This document shows, one piece after another, positions 58,047 to 64,000 of a DNA stretch of 64,000 nucleotides. Origin of the DNA: an uncultured Spirochaetia bacterium. Its GTDB lineage: Bacteria > Desulfobacterota_D > UBA1144 > Nemesobacterales > CSP1-2. The translations under genes were made by a program, and so were the position numbers. The DNA lies in NCBI GenBank assembly GCA_964636885.1, contig CAZWVA010000002.1, forward strand, positions 22,050-86,049, given 5' to 3'. Under the pieces are notes generated by a model that saw nothing but the letters and a program-made list of their open reading frames with translations, was not told where the DNA came from and did no database searches. The stretch's first letter is position 1; the number at the start of each line of letters is the position of its first letter.

Positions 58047-58460
58047 ATGCAGGTAAGCAAAACTCTGGATTACGCGGTGAGGTCCCTAACCTATATGGGC
58101 AGGTATCCCGTAAAAAGGTTCAGCATGAAAGAGATTTCGGAGAATCAGCATATCCCCTTGAACTACCTGGCCAAGATCATGCGAAGGCTCGTGAATAGGG
58201 GTCTTGTAAGATCAACGGTTGGACCGGACGGTGGTTATGCACTTAGGAAGCCTCCAAGGGAGATAAACCTAAGAGAGGTATACGAGGCCATCGAGGGTGA
58301 ATTCAGAATGATCGAGTGTATGGACAAGGATACGATCTGCGCTCTATACGAGGCTTGTCCTCAGCTTCCCGTCTGGGATAAGATCCAGGTATCTATGATC
58401 AAGATACTTGAAAGCACTACTTTAGAGGATATGTTAAACCGGAATAGGAATGTGACTTAA
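58047..58460 (+). CDS. Rrf2-family transcriptional regulator (IscR/SufR-like, 3-Cys).
   Basis: N-terminal HTH 'LDYAVRSLTYMGRY'. Cys residues at ...ECMDKDTICALYEACP... positioned for an Fe-S cluster. Confidence 0.8.
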   Translation: MQVSKTLDYAVRSLTYMGRYPVKRFSMKEISENQHIPLNYLAKIMRRLVNRGLVRSTVGPDGGYALRKPPREINLREVYEAIEGEFRMIECMDKDTICALYEACPQLPVWDKIQVSMIKILESTTLEDMLNRNRNVT

Positions 58461-58509
58461 GTACATTTAAAGACGGATAACTTAGGAAAGACACTAGAGT
58501 AGGGAGGCC

Positions 58510-59952
58510 GTGAATATGAGCGTTAATTATGATGAGTTGACGAATCGAGAGTACAAATACGGTTTTGTTACGCCGATCGAAGAGGAGATCGCACCTCGCG
58601 GACTGAATGAGGACATCATCCGTTTGATCTCGGCAAAGAAGAACGAGCCGGAGTGGTTGCTAGAATGGCGACTAAGGGCTTACCGGCATTGGATCACCAT
58701 GGAAGAGCCTAAGTGGCAGAACGTACACTATCCGCCCATAGACTATCAGGGCATCAGCTACTATGCGGCGCCAAAGCAGAAGAGTAAACCAAAGAGCATT
58801 GAAGAGATAGACCCAGAAATCCGGGCGACCTATGAAAAACTCGGAATACCTCTGGAAGAGCAGAAGTTGCTTGCAGGGGTTGCCGTGGATGCGGTCTTTG
58901 ATAGCGTCTCTTTGATCACGACATTTAAAGAGAAGCTCGCCGAATTGGGCATCATCTTCTGTTCCATCTCCGAGGCGGTGGCCGAGTATCCTGATCTGGT
59001 TAGAAAGTACCTCGGTTTTGTTGTACCATATAACGACAACTTCTTTGCGGCACTTAACTCTGCGGTATTTACTGATGGGTCTTTCGTGTACGTCCCGAAG
59101 GGGGTTCGCTGTCCCATGGAGTTATCCACATACTTCCGTATCAACGCTGAGAACACGGGGCAGTTTGAACGTACCCTTATAATCGCCGATGAAAGTAGCT
59201 ACGTGAGTTACCTAGAAGGATGCACCGCACCGAAGCGCGACGAGAACCAACTCCACGCTGCTGTAGTAGAGCTTATCGCTCACGACAATGCCACAATCAA
59301 GTACTCCACGATTCAGAACTGGTATCCTGGGGATAAGGACGGTAAGGGTGGTATATACAATTTCGTCACAAAGCGCGGCAGATGCCTGGGTAAGAACTCC
59401 CGCATCTCCTGGACTCAGGTTGAGACCGGTTCGGCTATAACCTGGAAATACCCAAGCTGTATACTGGAGGGTGATAATTCCGTTGGGGAATTCTATTCGG
59501 TGGCACTAACCAATAACCTTCAGCAGGCGGACACTGGTACAAAGATGATACATATAGGCAAGAATACCAGAAGCACAATCGTTTCCAAGGGTATTTCTGC
59601 TGGCTACGGCCAGAATACCTACCGCGGATTGGTCAAGATCGCCAAGAGCGCAAGAGGGGCACGTAACTACACCCAGTGTGATTCCCTTCTTATCGGCGAC
59701 AAGTGTGGTGCTCATACCTTTCCTTACATAGAGGTGAATAACTCAACCGCCCGAATGGAACATGAGGCTACCACATCGAAGATAGGTGAGGATCAGATAT
59801 TCTACTGTCAGCAACGCGGTCTTTCAGCCGAAAACGCGGTCTCTCTAATCGTCAATGGCTTCTGTAAGGAAGTGTTCCGGGAACTACCCTTTGAATTCGC
59901 CGTCGAGGCGGAGAGGCTTCTAAGTATTAGCCTTGAGGGAAGCGTCGGCTGA
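58510..59952 (+). CDS. sufB: Fe-S cluster assembly protein SufB.
   Basis: 480 aa with strong SufB-family similarity throughout (e.g. '[21 protein letters not shown]'). Confidence 0.9.
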   Translation: MNMSVNYDELTNREYKYGFVTPIEEEIAPRGLNEDIIRLISAKKNEPEWLLEWRLRAYRHWITMEEPKWQNVHYPPIDYQGISYYAAPKQKSKPKSIEEIDPEIRATYEKLGIPLEEQKLLAGVAVDAVFDSVSLITTFKEKLAELGIIFCSISEAVAEYPDLVRKYLGFVVPYNDNFFAALNSAVFTDGSFVYVPKGVRCPMELSTYFRINAENTGQFERTLIIADESSYVSYLEGCTAPKRDENQLHAAVVELIAHDNATIKYSTIQNWYPGDKDGKGGIYNFVTKRGRCLGKNSRISWTQVETGSAITWKYPSCILEGDNSVGEFYSVALTNNLQQADTGTKMIHIGKNTRSTIVSKGISAGYGQNTYRGLVKIAKSARGARNYTQCDSLLIGDKCGAHTFPYIEVNNSTARMEHEATTSKIGEDQIFYCQQRGLSAENAVSLIVNGFCKEVFRELPFEFAVEAERLLSISLEGSVG

Positions 59953-59984
59953 GGTGTCCAGAAGATCTATCAAGATTAACTCAA

Positions 59985-60782
59985 ATGACCAACTTAGTGG
60001 GAGGAGCTATGCTCGAGATTAAAAACCTACATGTAAGGGTGGACAATCAGGAGATTCTTAAAGGCGTTAACCTGAGGATAGGCGCCGGTGAGGTTCATTC
60101 CATAATGGGCCCAAACGGCTCTGGAAAGAGCACCCTGGCGCAGGTCCTGGCTGGCCGAGAGACATATGAGGTTACGGATGGTGAGGTAATATATCAGGGG
60201 AAAAACCTGCTTGAGATGTCTCCGGAAGAGCGTGCCTGCGAAGGGGTTTTCATGGCCTTTCAGTACCCGGTTGAGATTCCCGGGGTTGCAAATACGTACT
60301 TTCTTAGAGAGGCCCTAAACGCCATCCGAAGGTACCGTGGCCTTGAACCCCTAAAGCACATAGAATTCGTCAAGATGGTAAAGGAAAAGATGAAGCTTCT
60401 GGATATAGACGAAGCCCTACTTCAGCGCTCCGTTAACGAAGGCTTCTCAGGTGGGGAGAAGAAGCGTAACGAGATCTTCCAGATGGTAGTGCTTGAGCCC
60501 AGGCTTTGTATCTTGGATGAGACCGATTCCGGCCTCGACATCGATGCCCTGAGAATCGTCGCCAAGGGCGTTAACTCGATGCGGAGTAAAGAGCGTGGGT
60601 TTCTCGTCATTACCCATTATCAGCGTCTTCTTAACTACATAGTCCCCGATTATGTTCACGTGCTTATCGATGGAAGGATCGTTAGGTCAGGCGGTAAGGA
60701 GTTGGCACTTGAGCTTGAAGAGAAAGGCTATACACGTTGGGTTCAAAGCGAAGCGGAGAGCACCCAAGCAACAAACGCTTAA
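59985..60782 (+). CDS. sufC: Fe-S cluster assembly ATPase SufC.
   Basis: Walker A 'GPNGSGKST', ABC signature 'FSGGEKKR', Walker B 'LCILDETDSGLD'. The start is possibly at MLEIKNL (60009). Confidence 0.9.
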   Translation: MTNLVGGAMLEIKNLHVRVDNQEILKGVNLRIGAGEVHSIMGPNGSGKSTLAQVLAGRETYEVTDGEVIYQGKNLLEMSPEERACEGVFMAFQYPVEIPGVANTYFLREALNAIRRYRGLEPLKHIEFVKMVKEKMKLLDIDEALLQRSVNEGFSGGEKKRNEIFQMVVLEPRLCILDETDSGLDIDALRIVAKGVNSMRSKERGFLVITHYQRLLNYIVPDYVHVLIDGRIVRSGGKELALELEEKGYTRWVQSEAESTQATNA

Positions 60783-60797
60783 CGAGGGGAGAGGGCT

Positions 60798-62141
60798 ATG
60801 GAAACCATTAGCATGAGAGAAAAACAGGGTTACTTGGAGGGCTTTTCACTCTTCGAGAAAGACGCCCCGGGAAACGACCTAGCGTGGCTGCGGGAGGTTC
60901 GACAGGAGGCGATCTCCTGCTTCTCTGAGATCGGATTTCCAACCCCTAGGGACGAGGATTGGCGTTTTACCAACCTGGCTCCGATTACCCGAACCCCCTT
61001 CCAGATAGCGAGAAACAACGGGGGAGGGTTATCGTTCAAAGAGATTGAGCCGTTTATGATTCCGGGACCTACCTCTGACCTGCTTGTGTTTGTAAACGGT
61101 CGGTATCTAACGGGGGTTTCTTCATCGGGATCGCTTCCTGGTGGCATAAAGGTCATTAACCTTACCCAGGCCCTTAAGGAAGAGAGGGAGATACTAGAGC
61201 TGCACCTCTCACGGTACTCGGATTATAGGAAGGACCCTTTTTCGGCCCTTAATACCGCCTTCATGGAAGACGGCTCCCTTGTCTATATCCCAAGTGGTAC
61301 GGTTCTCGAAGAACCGATTCACCTTCTCTACATATCGGTCACGACCGATGGTCCTATAGTAGTCCATCCCCGTAACTTGATTGTAATGGGGGATAACAGC
61401 CAGGCGACCATCGTAGAGCAATACGCCTCGATTAGTGAGAACGTCTATTTCTCCAATGTGGTTACAGAGGCCGTGGTTGGAAAAAACAGCGTTCTTAATC
61501 ACTTCATGATCGAGCGTGAGAGCAAGAGGGCTTTTAACATCTCAACCCTTCGGGTCCAGCAGGACCGAAGCAGTAGCGTCACCTCCAATTCCATATTACT
61601 AGGAGGCGCCTTGGTACGGAATAACGTTCACCCGGTTCTGGCCGGTGAGGGCTCCGAATGCTATATAAACGGCCTTTTCATGTCAACCGGAAGACAACAT
61701 ATGGATAACTACATGAAGGTTGAGCACGCAAGCCCACACTGCGATAGCCGCCAGCTATATAAGGGTGTTCTCGACGGCAGGTCACACGGGGTTTTCCACG
61801 GTCGAATCATCGTGCATAAAGGCGCTCAAAAGACAGACGCCAAGCAGACCAATAGGAACCTTCTGCTTTCGGACGAAGCCCAGATTGATACAAAGCCCCA
61901 GCTTGAGATCTATGCTGATGATGTAAAGTGCACACACGGGGCTACCATAGGCCAGCTCGACGAAAACGCCATCTTCTACCTGCGTTCACGAGGGATCCCC
62001 CTCGATTCGGCGCGCTCTCTTCTCCTTTTTGCCTTTACGAGCGAGATAATAGAGCGCATTAAGGAAGAACCGATACGTAGGTATCTAGAGACCCTGGTTA
62101 CGGACTGGTTTATTCAGGGAAAACTCATTGAGAGGGCGTAG
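60798..62141 (+). CDS. sufD: Fe-S cluster assembly protein SufD.
   Basis: SufBD-family C-terminal beta-helix. Lies between sufC and sufU. Confidence 0.85.
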   Translation: METISMREKQGYLEGFSLFEKDAPGNDLAWLREVRQEAISCFSEIGFPTPRDEDWRFTNLAPITRTPFQIARNNGGGLSFKEIEPFMIPGPTSDLLVFVNGRYLTGVSSSGSLPGGIKVINLTQALKEEREILELHLSRYSDYRKDPFSALNTAFMEDGSLVYIPSGTVLEEPIHLLYISVTTDGPIVVHPRNLIVMGDNSQATIVEQYASISENVYFSNVVTEAVVGKNSVLNHFMIERESKRAFNISTLRVQQDRSSSVTSNSILLGGALVRNNVHPVLAGEGSECYINGLFMSTGRQHMDNYMKVEHASPHCDSRQLYKGVLDGRSHGVFHGRIIVHKGAQKTDAKQTNRNLLLSDEAQIDTKPQLEIYADDVKCTHGATIGQLDENAIFYLRSRGIPLDSARSLLLFAFTSEIIERIKEEPIRRYLETLVTDWFIQGKLIERA

Positions 62142-62208
62142 TGATGGAAGGGAGGATCGACATAATGGTCCGTGGGCTGACACATAGAACCGACTTAGAG
62201 GGGCTTAG

Positions 62209-62598
62209 ATGAGTTTAGACCAAATGGAGTACATCCTCGACCATTATAAGAACCCGAGGAACTATGGGACGCTTCCGGAACCGGATATATCACATGAGGA
62301 GGGAAACCCCTCCTGTGGAGATGTTATAAGGATCGACCTAAGAGTTAGGGATAACAGGGTGGTTGAGGCGAGGTTCTCCGGAAAGGGGTGCGCAATAAGT
62401 CAGGCCGCGGCTTCTATTCTGACCGAGATGATAGTCGATAAGAGCCTAGACGAGATAAAGGCCATAACCAAGGATGATATGCTGAGCGCTTTGGGAATAA
62501 CGATAAGTCCAATAAGGTTTAAGTGCGCCACTTTGGCCCTAAAGGTTTTAAAATCCGGTCTCTATGGGATAAAAATATGGCCTGGGGAGGAGAAGTGA
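62209..62598 (+). CDS. sufU: SufU/IscU-like Fe-S scaffold (NifU N-terminal domain type).
   Basis: Three conserved Cys residues (NPSCGD; GKGCAIS; RFKCATLA). Confidence 0.8.
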   Translation: MSLDQMEYILDHYKNPRNYGTLPEPDISHEEGNPSCGDVIRIDLRVRDNRVVEARFSGKGCAISQAAASILTEMIVDKSLDEIKAITKDDMLSALGITISPIRFKCATLALKVLKSGLYGIKIWPGEEK

Positions 62599-62673
62599 TT
62601 ATAAATGTGTTGGAAATGTCCGGCCGCTAACAAACCTTCGTGTTTTGGTGGATAAATCTTAAGGGTTATTAGA

Positions 62674-62988
62674 ATGGCTGAGTTTGTGAAGGTAGCAAAG
62701 ACATCCGACATACCTCCTGGAGAGGTGAGATCGTTTGTGGTTGATGGTGAGGTTATTGCGATTTGTCACGTGGATGGAAGGTTTTACGCTATTAAAGACG
62801 AGTGCACGCATATGGAGTATCCGCTTTCAGACGGAGTATTGGAGGGAGAGGTTATAACCTGTGCCTATCACGGAGCGGAATTTAACGTGAGAACAGGAGA
62901 GGCCCTCTCTTTACCGGCCATTGAACCGGTTGAGACCTTTAAATTGAAGTTAGAAGGCGACGATATATACGTTTTGTTGGAGTATTGA
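62674..62988 (+). CDS. Rieske [2Fe-2S] ferredoxin.
   Basis: 'CTHMEYPL' ... 'CAYHGAEF' CxH...CxxH motif. Confidence 0.85.
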   Translation: MAEFVKVAKTSDIPPGEVRSFVVDGEVIAICHVDGRFYAIKDECTHMEYPLSDGVLEGEVITCAYHGAEFNVRTGEALSLPAIEPVETFKLKLEGDDIYVLLEY

Positions 62989-63019
62989 TCTGATTTAGAT
63001 CCAATAACTGGTGAGACCT

Positions 63020-64000
63020 ATGGGAAAGACCTATCCGGGTTTAGCGAATCTTGACCCTTACGAAATCAGGGAGGATTTCCCCATATTCAAGCGTAAGATC
63101 AGGGGAAAGCCGCTCATATACCTCGATAACGCCGCAACCACACAAAAGCCAATGGCCGTGATTGAGGCCGAAAAGAGGTTCTATGAAGAAACGAACGCTA
63201 ATATACACAGGGCGGTTCATACCCTGAGCTATGAATCCACGGTTTTATATGAAGAGGCGCATAAAAAGGCCGCCGAGTTTATAGGTGCCAAAAGCTGGCG
63301 AGAAGTCATCTTCACAAGAAACGCCACGGAATCGATAAACCTCGTCGCATACGGATGGGGGCTCCATAACCTCAAGGAGGGAGACGAGGTTCTTATCACG
63401 ATTATGGAACACCATTCCGATATAGTTCCCTGGCAGATGCTAAGGGATCTAAAGGGGATAAGACTCAGATTCTTGGACGTAGACGACGAGGGCAAACTGA
63501 AGCTGGAAGAACTCCCCAGGCTTCTTACTGAGAGGACAAAGCTCGTCGCTATCATCCACGCATCGAACGTTCTGGGGGTGTTGAATCCTATAAAACACGT
63601 TATCGAGGAGGCAAAAAGGGTTGGGGCATTGACCCTACTGGATGCCGCACAGTCCGTTCCGCATGTTCCCATAAACGTTACCGAGATTGGTTGTGACTTC
63701 CTTGTAGCCTCAGGTCACAAGATGCTTGCCCCTACGGGAATCGGGTTCCTCTATAGCCGCCGTGAACTCCTTGAGAGTATGGAGCCTTTTCTCTATGGAG
63801 GGGACATGATAGAAACCGTAACCGTGGAGAAGGCCACTTGGAACGAGTTGCCGTGGAAATACGAGGCGGGAACGCCCAATATCGCCGGTGGGATTGGGCT
63901 GGGTGCCGCTATTGACTATCTGAGTGGACTCGGAATGGAGAGGATCGTAAATCACGAAAGAGAACTCCTTAACCATGCACTTAGGAGCCTATCGGATTTC
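63020..64000 (+). CDS. sufS: Cysteine desulfurase SufS (class II aminotransferase V), 3' end truncated by the window edge.
   Basis: Manual translation from the ATG at 63020 gives MGKTYPGLANLDPYEIREDFPIFK...YLDNAATTQKP...ASGHKMLAPTGIGFLY. The frame is open to the end of the window. Confidence 0.85.
   Translation, partial: MGKTYPGLANLDPYEIREDFPIFKRKIRGKPLIYLDNAATTQKPMAVIEAEKRFYEETNANIHRAVHTLSYESTVLYEEAHKKAAEFIGAKSWREVIFTRNATESINLVAYGWGLHNLKEGDEVLITIMEHHSDIVPWQMLRDLKGIRLRFLDVDDEGKLKLEELPRLLTERTKLVAIIHASNVLGVLNPIKHVIEEAKRVGALTLLDAAQSVPHVPINVTEIGCDFLVASGHKMLAPTGIGFLYSRRELLESMEPFLYGGDMIETVTVEKATWNELPWKYEAGTPNIAGGIGLGAAIDYLSGLGMERIVNHERELLNHALRSLSDF

Noticed and set aside
1-64000. CRISPR arrays, integrases/transposases, and prophage signals.
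   Set aside because: No direct repeats with regular spacers, and no recombinase-like or transposase-like ORFs were seen. The two tRNAs are not flanked by integrase genes.

Overview
This 64 kb window is dense bacterial chromosomal sequence with mostly short intergenic gaps. The lysine/glutamate/isoleucine-rich proteins suggest a thermophile, possibly Nitrospirota- or Thermodesulfobacteriota-like, but that is a guess. The main blocks are:
(1) 1-2883: a three-gene unit of a Cys-motif protein, a metallophosphoesterase and a bacterial dynamin-like GTPase.
(2) 3020-14853: a metal(loid) island with an MFS transporter, a CusR/CusS-type two-component system, a PAP2 phosphatase, a CusC/CusB/CusA-type RND efflux system, and an ArsR regulator with a DUF318/ArsP-like permease.
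(3) 15037-17780: a fluoride-response locus. A fluoride riboswitch on the minus strand controls a CPA-type antiporter plus a Usp protein. A second, divergent fluoride-riboswitch-like element on the plus strand precedes crcB and a DUF190 gene.
(4) 18123-30068: housekeeping genes (mlaE, PiT with its PhoU-like partner, tRNA-Gln, ispE, trmB, aroB, apt, an M23/LysM peptidase, a LOG/TIGR00725-like protein, surE, tRNA-Pro, and a MerR regulator).
(5) 30624-43591: the most unusual region. It is a same-strand cluster with the 'MSMEG_0565-0572 / Sll0783-0787 nitrogen-starvation (Nit1C-type)' genes: GNAT, AIR-synthase-like protein, MSMEG_0568-type radical SAM, flavin oxidoreductase, a small MSMEG_0570-like protein, and a glycosyltransferase. 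It has no nitrilase. Inserted into it are an FdrA / DUF1116 / carbamate kinase module (oxamate-carbamoyltransferase-like), an amidohydrolase, a DsrE-like protein and an HTH-cupin regulator. This is a candidate undescribed carbamoyl/ureido-metabolite pathway.
(6) 44067-46927: a UbiD-family decarboxylase and an MqnC/MqnE-type radical SAM enzyme (futalosine menaquinone route).
(7) 47053-57603: assorted genes (PPOX-like protein, beta-carbonic anhydrase, WbqC, TauE, a GGDEF-EAL-MshEN c-di-GMP protein, a TAT-exported FAD oxidase, cupins, Pal and YbgF).
(8) 58047 to the window end: an Rrf2 regulator followed by sufB, sufC, sufD, sufU, a Rieske ferredoxin and sufS (truncated at the end).
Two tRNAs (Gln-TTG and Pro-GGG, both minus strand) were found by eye. 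No CRISPR array or obvious mobile element was seen.
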